64,000 bases of DNA, taken from the IMG/VR virus record IMGVR_UViG_3300034082_001032, one strand, 5' to 3'. The translations under genes were made by a program, and so were the position numbers. This DNA is from a virus (Duplodnaviria > Heunggongvirae > Uroviricota > Caudoviricetes > Crassvirales). Positions 10,601 through 17,603 of the stretch are shown here, one piece after another. Under the pieces are notes generated by a model. The model worked only from the letters and a program-made list of their open reading frames with translations, had not been told where the DNA came from and ran no database searches. Positions within the stretch are counted from its first letter, which is position 1. Each line of letters starts with the position of its first letter.

Positions 10601-12380
10601 CTGAACCATTTGTTCCAGATGTACCACTCGTACCAGCAGTTCCTGATGTACCAGTAGTTCCACTTGAGCCAGAAGATCCTGAGCTTCCAGATGAACCACT
10701 TGTAGCACTCGTACCACTTGTACCAGATGTTCCTGCAGAACCGTTAGTTCCAGAAGATCCTGATGAACCTGAAGTGGCAGATGTACCTGATGTACCGCTT
10801 GTTCCTCCTGAACCATCCGTACCAGAGATGCCAGATGTTCCTGATGTTCCACTAGTTGCAGAGGTTCCTGAGGTACCTGTAGTACCACTAGTTCCTGATG
10901 TTGCACTAGTTCCATCTGTTCCTGATGAGCCAGATGTACCGCTTGTACCACCACTACCATCAGTACCAGATGAACCACTTGTTCCACTGGTGCCACTAGA
11001 CCCACTAGTTCCTGTTGTACCACTAGTTCCACTAGTTGCTGACGTACCTGATGTACCACTTGTACCCCCTGTTCCATCTGTAGCACTAGTTCCGCTTGTA
11101 CCACTTGTTGCAGAAGTGCCAGAGGTTCCAGACGTACCTGTACTACCAGAGGTTCCAGAACTACCAGAGGTTCCTGTCGTTCCAGAAGTACCCGTGGTAC
11201 CAGAGGTTCCTGTAGTGCCTGAGGTTCCTGATGTTCCTGATGTAGCACTTGTTCCACTACTACCACTAGTTCCTGTAGTGCCACTTGTACCACTAGATCC
11301 AGAGGTAGATGAGCTTCCTGAACTTCCTGATGTACCTGTTGTACCAGAGCTACCTGAGGTTCCACTTGTTCCAGAACTTCCTGCAGTTCCAGATGTTGTA
11401 ACTGGAAAAATTGCTAGAGCACCATCTCCTCTAATATATTCAGATGTATTACCTGTTGCAACAATATTAATTGTTCCAAAGCTTGTAATTGGAGGAGTGG
11501 TTACAGAAAATGCAGGAGGAACTGCTGCCTGTACACTTGTAACTGTACCAACATTAAAAGTTCTATCTGCAGTGAGATCTCTAGTGACACCATTGATTGT
11601 AATAGTTCTAGAGTCTGGAACTGGTGTATATCCCAATAATCCAATAATGTCTCCAGCTGTCAAGGGAGCAGCGGAGGTTACCAATCCTTTTGCGTTTACA
11701 GCAAACTTTAGAGGTGTATTTGATCCATACACATTACTGTTAACTGTAGCAAGGGTGGTTGTCAGAGGAACTCCTGTGTTACCAACACCAGAAACATCTC
11801 CTTGGAGAATGATGATGTCTGATGGGAGATTGATTGGTACTGGTGTAATGTTTGTTACTAATCCTTTACCGTTCACTGTTACAACAGGAACAGTTGTAGA
11901 AGATCCAAATGTTCCTGGAGAAACATTCACAGTGGCTAGTGTAAATGGAACACTGCCTGGACCAGATGCTGTACCATCACCAGTGAGGTTGGTGATGTAA
12001 TTACCAGCAGGCTGGTAAGATGTTGAATCTAAAGATCCATCTCCTTTAACAAAATCATTAGAAGTTCCACCTGTTGTAATGAAAGCAGCAGTTTCAATAG
12101 ACCCTGTAAGGGTAAATGTATATCCTGCACTATTGATTACTGTATCTTCTATAAGAGCACCCCCTAGTTTTACTGGTTGACCAGGAGAAAGTTGAATGAT
12201 TCCGTTGTCAAATATATACCCAATAGTAGCATCTTGAAACTTAGCATCGATCTTTTCGAGTGCAGTTTGCAAGTTGTCATTAGTATTAATGCCTGTATAT
12301 ATCAAATTCTCACCTTCGTAAAATACGCAAGTGGCATTTAATATAACAGGACAAGGAGTTGCTTCACAACCAACAATCAT
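4608..12380 (-). CDS. Giant mosaic tail fibre (2590 aa): N-terminal Cys-motif anchor, collagen-like G-S/T triplet blocks, ~70 x 17-aa YadA-head-like repeats, C-terminal peptidase-S74 intramolecular chaperone domain
   Basis: N-terminus 'CEATPCPVILNATCVFYEGENLIY..NDNLQTALEKID' is shared with four other ORFs. There are long runs of GTSGTSGSSGTTG triplets. The repeat unit is 'NTAVGxxALxxNTxGxx' (Hep_Hag-like). The C-terminus 'WSVVSDCRDKTNIKPL...VTYNWD...GVIAQDV' matches the S74 endosialidase-type chaperone 'SDxRxK'. Confidence 0.85.
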   Translation of the reverse strand: MIVGCEATPCPVILNATCVFYEGENLIYTGINTNDNLQTALEKIDAKFQDATIGYIFDNGIIQLSPGQPVKLGGALIEDTVINSAGYTFTLTGSIETAAFITTGGTSNDFVKGDGSLDSTSYQPAGNYITNLTGDGTASGPGSVPFTLATVNVSPGTFGSSTTVPVVTVNGKGLVTNITPVPINLPSDIIILQGDVSGVGNTGVPLTTTLATVNSNVYGSNTPLKFAVNAKGLVTSAAPLTAGDIIGLLGYTPVPDSRTITINGVTRDLTADRTFNVGTVTSVQAAVPPAFSVTTPPITSFGTINIVATGNTSEYIRGDGALAIFPVTTSGTAGSSGTSGTSGSSGTTGTSGSSGSSSTSGSSGTSGTTGTSGSSGTSATSGTSGTSGTTGTSGTTGTSGTTGTSGSSGTSGSTGTSGTSGTSATSGTSGTSATDGTGGTSGTSGTSATSGTSGTTGTSGSSGTSGTSGSSGTDGSGGTSGTSGSSGTDGTSATSGTSGTTGTSGTSATSGTSGTSGISGTDGSGGTSGTSGTSATSGSSGSSGTNGSAGTSGTSGTSATSGSSGSSGSSGSSGTTGTSGTAGTSGTSGTNGSAGSSGTSGTSGSSGTTGTSGTAGTSGTTGTSGTSGSSGTSGTSATSGTSGTNGTGGTSGTTGTSGTSGTSGTNGSGGTSGTSATSGTSGTSATSGTSGTAGTTGTSGSSGLSGDRFATTSTSTYTLGAVGTTGTITVGTGLAYTIAQSIIVAYDANNHVEAEVTSYNPATGSLSFIVFRLTGSGTYSTWQVNLDGATGGDGSSGSSGTSGTSATAGTSGTTGTSGSSGSSGTTGTSGTSGSPGTSGTSATSGTSGTTGTSGTTGTSGTSGSSGTSGTNGSGGTSGTSGTTGTSGTAGSSGTSGTSATSGSSGTSGTNGTGGTSGTSGTTGTSGSSGTSATSGSSGSSGSSATSGTSGTSGTNGSAGSSGSSGSSGSSGSSGTAGTAGSPGTSGTSGSSGTTGTSGTSGTTGTSGTTGTSGTSGLSGSSGTSGTNGTGGTSGTSGSSGTAGSSGTAGSSGTSGTAGTSGTNGSGGTSGTSGSSATSGTSGTTGTSGSSGTAGSSGTSVAVAGTPEYIVKFTSSTTIGDSKTCQKTNGDLCVNLVGGSGVDVGKGGGSIASNTIVGTNALQYNSTGVQNTAVGLYALRNNNIGTFNTAMGSQALRANTSGTGNTAVGHQSLYKNTTGISNTAVGQGALICNTVGNSNTAVGREALNLNTASNNTALGFSALRNNTTGTDNTAVGRLTLSNNTVGASNVAIGGLSLLNNTSGATNTAIGASTLRYNTVGTNNIAVGLNALFCNTTGNCNLAIGINALYCNTASNNTAVGFCALRSNTTGTYNTAIGRSSLASNTIGTYNSALGFYALIGNTTGNCNLAVGVNALRCNTVGGNNIALGVHALCLNTASSNTAVGASALRNNTTGVFNTAVGFNTLLSNTTGYSNTAVGYRTLQCNTRGLDNTSIGTLSSCCNTTGCYNTVVGSSALRYNTTGNSNVAMGFFALRQNTASNNTAVGFCALRSNTTGNSNIALGPYALRKNTTACANVAIGTSALENNTTGTNNTAVGTLALYTNVVGTNNTALGRNALFANTASNNTAVGFCALRSNTTGTVNTAIGTDALSSNTSGERNIAIGANALQNNLIGNRNTAIGQGSLYKNTASYNTAVGYFTLACNTTGISNTAVGVRALTKNTIGVGNIAVGGGALQYNLSGTCNTAIGLQSLLCNTAGVNNTAIGHQSLYCNTASANTAVGFCALRSNTTGAYNVTIGVSSLKNNTTGAANTAVGVDALYSNTVGLNNTALGRSALLCNTASNNTAVGLQALRSNTTGTSNTAVGLQALFSNTVGINNAAFGHGALFNNTTGYNNNAFGNSALANNTVGANNTAMGQTALYKNTTGVNNVAIGREALTQNLVGACNTALGTRALECNLASNNTAVGFCALRSNTTGTSNVAIGGNALLSNTIGGSNVSIGFCSLVNNTSGGNNTAINRYSLLYNTTGANNTAVGVASLFANTVGTSNTAIGVDSLRCNTASNNTAVGFCSLRSNTTGAYNTALGCRALVCNTIGNQNTGLGVNALFSNTTGVCNTAVGVNALNSNTVGSNNTAVGLQALYSNTASNNTAVGFCALRSTTTGIDNVAVGVCALEANTIGSDNTAIGSLALASNTTGTLNIAIGRLASEKNTTAVNNISIGVEALRCNTTGCNNVAIGRSALRVNTGRYLTAVGDRTLYSNTSGTGNSAFGRTALFTNTTGINNTAVGYSSLQQNVTGGGNTAVGFYSLQANTASDNTAVGFCALKANTTGYQNTATGNLALSCNTIGYGNTAMGFCALRCNTTGAGNTAVGKGALNLNTTGLWNTAVGDRALNSNDVGRANIAVGQFAMQFNSNGKYNIAIGNSSAANFYAGTDNNIVIGDNATTSAIDNHTVWGNANNNVCNCVYAAWSVVSDCRDKTNIKPLPDGLGLNFIKKIKPVTYNWDNRDNYVKECGFEYGTKDGTLSGVREHYGVIAQDVKAAIDELGVKFDALGHDEDKDAYRVTYEELIAPIIKAIQELDGRVENLEKSCGNK
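5210..8870 (-). repeat. About 70 tandem 51-nt (17-codon) repeats encoding 'NTAVGxxALxxNTxGxx' beta-roll units inside the fibre gene
   Basis: The periodicity is visible in the protein. The off-frame plus-strand ORFs (5149..8815) translate to recurring 'PTAVLxxPVVL' shadows. Confidence 0.8.
9080..11400 (-). repeat. Two blocks of collagen-like Gly-X-Y triplet repeats (X,Y mostly Ser/Thr) in the fibre gene; highly repetitive DNA
   Basis: Protein GTS/GSS/GTT triplets for about 600 residues. The shadow ORFs 9151..10107(+), 10249..12000(+), 9080..10024(-) and 10268..11365(-) are all low-complexity VPLVP/QVQLV frames. Confidence 0.8.
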
Positions 12381-12408
12381 TATATATAAATTTTATTATA
12401 TGAACTTA

Positions 12409-12591
12409 TTAGGATTCTAAAATCCTCAATCTTTCCTCAAGCTCCCTAACCTTATCATTCACCTTTTCCAATGCAGTTTGAATGTTGTCATTTGAGTTAA
12501 CATTTATGTATATTAAATTAGCACCTTCGTAGAACACGCAGGTGCTATTTAATAATACTGGACATGAATATGTTCCACAAGTGACATTCAT
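12409..12591 (-). CDS. Stand-alone fibre N-terminal anchor-module protein (~60 aa) with a short coiled-coil tail
   Basis: The internal Met of the tracked 103-aa ORF gives 'MNVTCGTYSCPVLLNSTCVFYEGANLIYINVNSNDNIQTALEKVNDKVRELEERLRILES'. This is near-identical in pattern to the first 45 aa of the 2590-aa fibre. The upstream part of the tracked ORF is the frame-shadow of the Thr-rich neighbour. Confidence 0.4.
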   Translation of the reverse strand: MNVTCGTYSCPVLLNSTCVFYEGANLIYINVNSNDNIQTALEKVNDKVRELEERLRILES

Positions 12592-12595
12592 ATCA

Positions 12596-12853
12596 TTATG
12601 GTGCAGAAGTAGTAGTAGTGGTAGTTGTACTAGAGCTACTAGTTGTAGTGCTAGTTGTACTGGTACTAGTACTTGTGCTTGTGCTTGTGCTAGTAGTAGT
12701 TGTACTTGGAAGAGCTGCATTTATTTTAGCAAGAATATCTTCAAGTGTATCTCCAGGTTGAGCTCCAATATTAGCTAGATAGTCACCATCATAAATGACA
12801 CAAAGGGCATTTACTAGTGTAGCACAGGTTGGACAAATTGTAGCAATACGCAT
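12596..12853 (-). CDS. Fibre N-terminal anchor-module protein (85 aa) ending in a poly-Thr/Ser linker
   Basis: 'MRIATICPTCATLVNALCVIYDGDYLANIGAQPGDTLEDILAKINAAL' is followed by 'PSTTTTSTSTSTSTSTSTTSTTTSSSSTTTTTTTSAP' and then a stop. This is the third tandem copy of the N-module within 500 bp. Confidence 0.45.
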   Translation of the reverse strand: MRIATICPTCATLVNALCVIYDGDYLANIGAQPGDTLEDILAKINAALPSTTTTSTSTSTSTSTSTTSTTTSSSSTTTTTTTSAP

Positions 12854-12935
12854 AGTTGTAAAATTAGTGATTATTAATGATTTTCAATGAGTTACGAAAA
12901 AAAATTGGATATAATATAGCTATACATGTACCATT

Positions 12936-15900
12936 TTATAAGGTAACTGGTCTAGCTTGTGACTGTGCTCTGATACCAAGATCTTTAGCCAACTCTGGAT
13001 AGAACATAGGAAGCATACCAGCAGCTTGGTTACTTATAGGGAATGATTTCATTAGGTATTTAATCACCTTGGTTTTCTCTACAAGTTCCTCATCACCTAC
13101 AGCCATACCAAACATTTCAGTATTAAAGTTCATTATGAGTTTCTTGAAGTTATTCAAATAACTAATTGATGGGAATATACCAGAAGAAACAAGACTAGTT
13201 AAACTAGTAGGATCATAGAAATAAGCCAACTCGTCCTTAATCTTATCAGCAGCTCTGAGCATAAACTTGTATTGATTCTTAACCGCTGCATCTTCATCAT
13301 CGTCTGGGGCATTTGCTTTCAGTCCAATATAGAGAGCATATATAGTTAACATGAACATCAGATCCACCATTTGTCCTTTGATGTTCTTTCTAGTAAGGTC
13401 AATAAACTGAGACTGAGTCATTTCCAAATCCTTACCTGTTTCAGCTTTATACTCTTCTCTCTTCTTTTCATAAAGGTTTCTCATGAATTCCACACCTTTA
13501 TCATTAGCCTGCACAGAGTTGATTAGGTTGTTAATTGATCCAACCACGTCTTCAGATATCACCCTGAAAACATTTCTCATTCTTCCCCATTCATAAGCAT
13601 CAGACGCAGAATTGTATTTAAGATTACCAAGACGTACATCCACCAATCTTGGAATCCAGTTTTTAAATAACATAAAAGATTTTCCATATATGTTCATGTT
13701 TATGTTTCTTACATCATCCTCTGTAAGGTTACCAAGAGCATCTTTACTAACTTGTTGTACCTTTCTTCTAAGTTCAATTACAGATTGTGATTTTCTATCT
13801 ACTCCAGGTATAACAAGTTCTCCATTCTTTATTTCTCCAAGTTTAAGAACACTCTTAGTTTCCAATAGTTCCTTAACATCTTTCTCAAACTTGTTAGCTC
13901 TATCCTTTCTTTCTTCAGCACTACCAGAATACATATCCTTGTATTCAGGTTGTTCTCTGAGATATTCTCTAACGTTAATCACCCTGTCACCATCTACAAT
14001 TGTATTTCTAAGGAATGTAAAGAAGTTAGCAGACTGAACAAACATGTCAGAGTTTCTCATAAGCACCATCATGAACTCTTGAATGTTCTCTTGACTTAAC
14101 TTACTGAGAGACAACTTTTTAGCAAGCTCTCTATTATAACTATCTGTAAAAGGAAGGAAGTATTCAATTGAACGAATCATTTTGTCCCTATCCTCACCAC
14201 GAGTCATTTTATTTCCTGCCATCCAAAGTTCTGTAGATAAATAGTCTTGTCTGGTGAAATACGTTCCAGCATTAATCATAGATTGGAAGTTACCACCTAA
14301 CAGGTTTGAAAGAGCAGATAGAGGATTAAGACCTAACGCGTTGAGTTGGAATGTGTTATTCAATTGGTCAATCACCTTGTTGATACTAATCTGTCTTCCA
14401 GATAAGTTCTCTGGGAATATCTTAATTCCAAGTTTCTTATTAGCTCTTTCTCCAAAATCACTCAGGCTACCAAGAAGTTGATCAAAGCTTTCACTTTGTA
14501 TAAATTTCTGTCCATATATAATGGACTTCATCATATCCTCAACAAGCTTAGTGTTCTCGTTATTATTTGCTGTGTATTCAAGTTTACCATCTTTATATTT
14601 GGTTTTACCAAATGTAGATGTGGCAATAGCTTTCTTGTTCCTTTCTGTATTCACAAGAGCCCTAGCCTGAGCTTCAATATCACTTACATATTTATATTTA
14701 ATAGCCATTTCATTATACAAAGCCATGTTCCTGAACAGGTCTGTGCTTAGCTCTCCTTCAATCTCTCTAGTAAAATATGTAGGAATTGTATCAATTAGTC
14801 TACCTGTAAGAGGATCTGTTTTACCAAATCCTACATCTCCTTCATCAATAGAAACACTTCTTAAAAATTGTTCACCAAGACTAATTTTTCCACCAAAGAT
14901 GATTTTCTCCATTAGTCCTTTTCTAACAAATGGTAAGAATATCCTAGCTTCAGCCTTGCTGATATATCCTATCTCTTGATAGTATTCATTTCTTTCTTTG
15001 ATATAATTGTAGAAATCAAATGCAGCCTTGTTCTCAGGTTTCGTAAGTTCTTTCCATTCAGCAGATTCCCATTTATCTCTCTTTGGAAACTTCTTTGTAA
15101 GATCGTACAAAAACCAACCAGGTGATTCAGATGTAGATGTGTTATAAAGATTCTGAACTTGTGCCTTCTCTCTAGAAATCTCTCTATTGACTTCATCTTC
15201 AGAACCAACTCTTGCCTTATTATCAATTCTCTCAAGTTCTTCTGCAAGCTTTTCTTGAAGGAACTTGTTGTATTCAACCCCATCAATATTGTCTCTAACC
15301 CAACTAAAGTCTTTATCAGTTGATTTAGACTTTAGTTCTTTATAAAAATCACGTTGAAACTCATCAATAAGTTCGTTCTTATCTTTCTTCTTAAGAATAT
15401 CAAAGTAGTTCTTATTGTTTAATCCTTTAGCCTGAGCCCATTTATCGTAGGATTCTTTGAGGGCAGCTAGCTTTTTAGTTTCATCTATAGTGTCCATAGA
15501 TGCAAACCCAAATGCTCTGTTTGCTTTTTTGTACAAAGTTTCAAGAGCTTTCAATTGTAAACTTGATGTAGATACAAACCATTTAGTTATACCCTTGATA
15601 ACTTTCTCTGGAGAGAGGTAGTTATCAACTCCTTCAGATCCAGCAACAAAATCATTTACAAATTCTCCTGATATATCATCAAGATTTGAATCAAGTTCTT
15701 GTGCTAATTCTGTCACTTCACGAAGCTCTTCTCTAAGTGCTCCATCTTCTTCAGATAGTTCTCCCTGGAACAAAAACTTCAAGTCTGTGTTTAATGTAAT
15801 GTAAGCAATCAATGAGTTCTTAGCTGTTTCCAATTCCTCATAGAACTTACTAATATCTTTCTGTTCAAAATCTTTTACATCTTTACCAGCCCAGTTTTCC

Positions 15901-17603
15901 TTATATCTGTCAATTGTTTTCTGAATCTCTTTGTTCAATATCTTAGCCTGACGAAGCAAAGGTTTCAGGTTTTGCTTCATTTGCAATTGGCGTATAGCTG
16001 TGAACAAAGCATTAAGCTGCTCAGCTTTAGATAACTTCTCGCTAGGGAGAGCCTTCTTTTCAGAAATCCTTTTATATACAGCATTTAGTTTTTCTAAGAG
16101 AGCATCAATCTTTTTGTTTCCTGTACTTTCTCCTTCAAGCCCTACAGGAATAAGATAGTCATCTGTGATGTTCTTTACATTAACATCACCTATTTTGATT
16201 GACTGTAATTGTGGAAGAACACCAAGTTTAGCATTTCCAGGAGAGTAGAAAGCTTTGATTGGAATCATCCTTGTCTGCTGGAAGTCTTGTGACCTAACAC
16301 CATATACATTCTGCAGAATAAGTTTATACTGTTCCATCTGTTCTCTCCAAGCATTCACTTTATACCAAGGAACATCCTCATATTTATCAATATTGAGGTC
16401 CATAAACTTCCAGTCAAGGATGTTCATCTTTCCATCAGGAGTGATAGCAAGGAAATCAATAGTACCAGCCAGTCCACGCTTAGCATCATACACCATCACC
16501 TCAGACATAAATCTGGTTCCTCCGTTCTCTTTTGGAAAAGAGTTAAGACGATCTTTGAGATTATCTCTCAGGATCTCGTACATATCTCTATCATTAGGAT
16601 TGAGTTGAGATACATAAGCAGAGTCATCCAAAGGATTATCTCTTAGGAATCCATCATCATCTACAAATACAGAGAATGCATACTCTACATCAGCATGACC
16701 AGATGTACCTTTCTCAGCCTTGAGATCATCAACAGCTTTCTGATAGTCAGACTTGGTAAGATCGTTAGCCTTAAACCTTCTCTCATACCAGTCTTTAACC
16801 AAGTCAGTTACCCTTCTGGGAACTTTCTTACCGTCTATATAATATCCATCATCCTCCTTAGCAATCTTAGATTGGATGTCTTTAAGTTTATTGTATACAG
16901 CTTCTTGAGATGTGCTTTTCTGTAAGAATATAGCATCTTCTTCAGCCCTAATATCTTCCACTGTACCAAAAGATTCTCCAGATAACACCTTCATTGCTGC
17001 TGTGTCAAATCCAGATTTTTGGAAGATGCGCTTTAGAGCATCAAGGATTGTCCTCCACCAGTTCTGCACCTTAGCAAGATTAGTGGCATTCTCAGATAAA
17101 CCTTCTGCTTTATTTGAAATCACCTCAGCCAACACTTTACCAATAGCTTCCTTCTTAAGTTTTAATATATCAGGCTTGCCATCTTTTGTTTGATAGTTAG
17201 GATCAGATCCATATGTATCAATTACATTTTGTAAAATCCTATACCCATTGATTTCCTTCAGGAGTGTATTGAATAACTTAGGATCTGTTTGTTGTATAAT
17301 CTCAACAGCAAAGTGCATAGCTTCCTCAGGAAGTGCTATATCCTCTTTGCCCTCAACAACTTGTACAAGTTTCTGAGTGATGTTAGCTATACCATTAGCA
17401 TTCAGTTTTACTCCGTTAACAATAATATCATCAACGTTTTCAACCTTTACACCAATTCTGTTAAGAAAGTCTTTTGCTAACTTTACAGTTTTAGAGGATG
17501 CAATCTTTTCTGCCTGTTCAAATTCAAGTTCTGCCAAGAGAGGGTTTTCAACTCTTCCTAGAATTTCTTGAAATCTTGCGTCATTTGGATTTATACAAGC
17601 CAT
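12936..17603 (-). CDS. Large virion/ejected protein (1555 aa), mostly alpha-helical
   Basis: Intact giant ORF stop/start-adjacent to the 3839-aa gene. There is a weak PD-(D/E)xK-like pattern ('GTIDFLAITPDGKMNILDWKF') near residue 400. It is one of the three-plus giant proteins typical of crAss-like virions. Confidence 0.6.
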   Translation of the reverse strand: MACINPNDARFQEILGRVENPLLAELEFEQAEKIASSKTVKLAKDFLNRIGVKVENVDDIIVNGVKLNANGIANITQKLVQVVEGKEDIALPEEAMHFAVEIIQQTDPKLFNTLLKEINGYRILQNVIDTYGSDPNYQTKDGKPDILKLKKEAIGKVLAEVISNKAEGLSENATNLAKVQNWWRTILDALKRIFQKSGFDTAAMKVLSGESFGTVEDIRAEEDAIFLQKSTSQEAVYNKLKDIQSKIAKEDDGYYIDGKKVPRRVTDLVKDWYERRFKANDLTKSDYQKAVDDLKAEKGTSGHADVEYAFSVFVDDDGFLRDNPLDDSAYVSQLNPNDRDMYEILRDNLKDRLNSFPKENGGTRFMSEVMVYDAKRGLAGTIDFLAITPDGKMNILDWKFMDLNIDKYEDVPWYKVNAWREQMEQYKLILQNVYGVRSQDFQQTRMIPIKAFYSPGNAKLGVLPQLQSIKIGDVNVKNITDDYLIPVGLEGESTGNKKIDALLEKLNAVYKRISEKKALPSEKLSKAEQLNALFTAIRQLQMKQNLKPLLRQAKILNKEIQKTIDRYKENWAGKDVKDFEQKDISKFYEELETAKNSLIAYITLNTDLKFLFQGELSEEDGALREELREVTELAQELDSNLDDISGEFVNDFVAGSEGVDNYLSPEKVIKGITKWFVSTSSLQLKALETLYKKANRAFGFASMDTIDETKKLAALKESYDKWAQAKGLNNKNYFDILKKKDKNELIDEFQRDFYKELKSKSTDKDFSWVRDNIDGVEYNKFLQEKLAEELERIDNKARVGSEDEVNREISREKAQVQNLYNTSTSESPGWFLYDLTKKFPKRDKWESAEWKELTKPENKAAFDFYNYIKERNEYYQEIGYISKAEARIFLPFVRKGLMEKIIFGGKISLGEQFLRSVSIDEGDVGFGKTDPLTGRLIDTIPTYFTREIEGELSTDLFRNMALYNEMAIKYKYVSDIEAQARALVNTERNKKAIATSTFGKTKYKDGKLEYTANNNENTKLVEDMMKSIIYGQKFIQSESFDQLLGSLSDFGERANKKLGIKIFPENLSGRQISINKVIDQLNNTFQLNALGLNPLSALSNLLGGNFQSMINAGTYFTRQDYLSTELWMAGNKMTRGEDRDKMIRSIEYFLPFTDSYNRELAKKLSLSKLSQENIQEFMMVLMRNSDMFVQSANFFTFLRNTIVDGDRVINVREYLREQPEYKDMYSGSAEERKDRANKFEKDVKELLETKSVLKLGEIKNGELVIPGVDRKSQSVIELRRKVQQVSKDALGNLTEDDVRNINMNIYGKSFMLFKNWIPRLVDVRLGNLKYNSASDAYEWGRMRNVFRVISEDVVGSINNLINSVQANDKGVEFMRNLYEKKREEYKAETGKDLEMTQSQFIDLTRKNIKGQMVDLMFMLTIYALYIGLKANAPDDDEDAAVKNQYKFMLRAADKIKDELAYFYDPTSLTSLVSSGIFPSISYLNNFKKLIMNFNTEMFGMAVGDEELVEKTKVIKYLMKSFPISNQAAGMLPMFYPELAKDLGIRAQSQARPVTL

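Noticed and set aside
9080-11400. Possible CRISPR array or other non-coding tandem repeat
   Set aside because: The repeats are degenerate 9-nt codon triplets inside a continuous 7.7-kb ORF. There are no fixed-length direct repeats with unique spacers.
5149-12000. Dozens of plus-strand and off-frame minus-strand ORFs, such as 5539..5970, 9151..10107 and 10249..12000 (+) and 9080..10024 and 10268..11365 (-), with PTAVL/VPLVP/QVQLV low-complexity translations
   Set aside because: They are frame-shadows of the repetitive fibre coding sequence. Their composition is purely repeat-driven and they lie entirely inside the 2590-aa ORF.
12542-12778. Plus-strand ORF 'MLFNNTGHEYVPQ...' and the first 43 codons of the tracked minus ORF 12409..12720 (MQLFQVQLLL...)
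   Set aside because: Both are reverse or off-frame shadows of the poly-Thr codon tract of 12596..12853. The real gene in 12409..12720 most plausibly starts at the internal Met (MNVTCG...).
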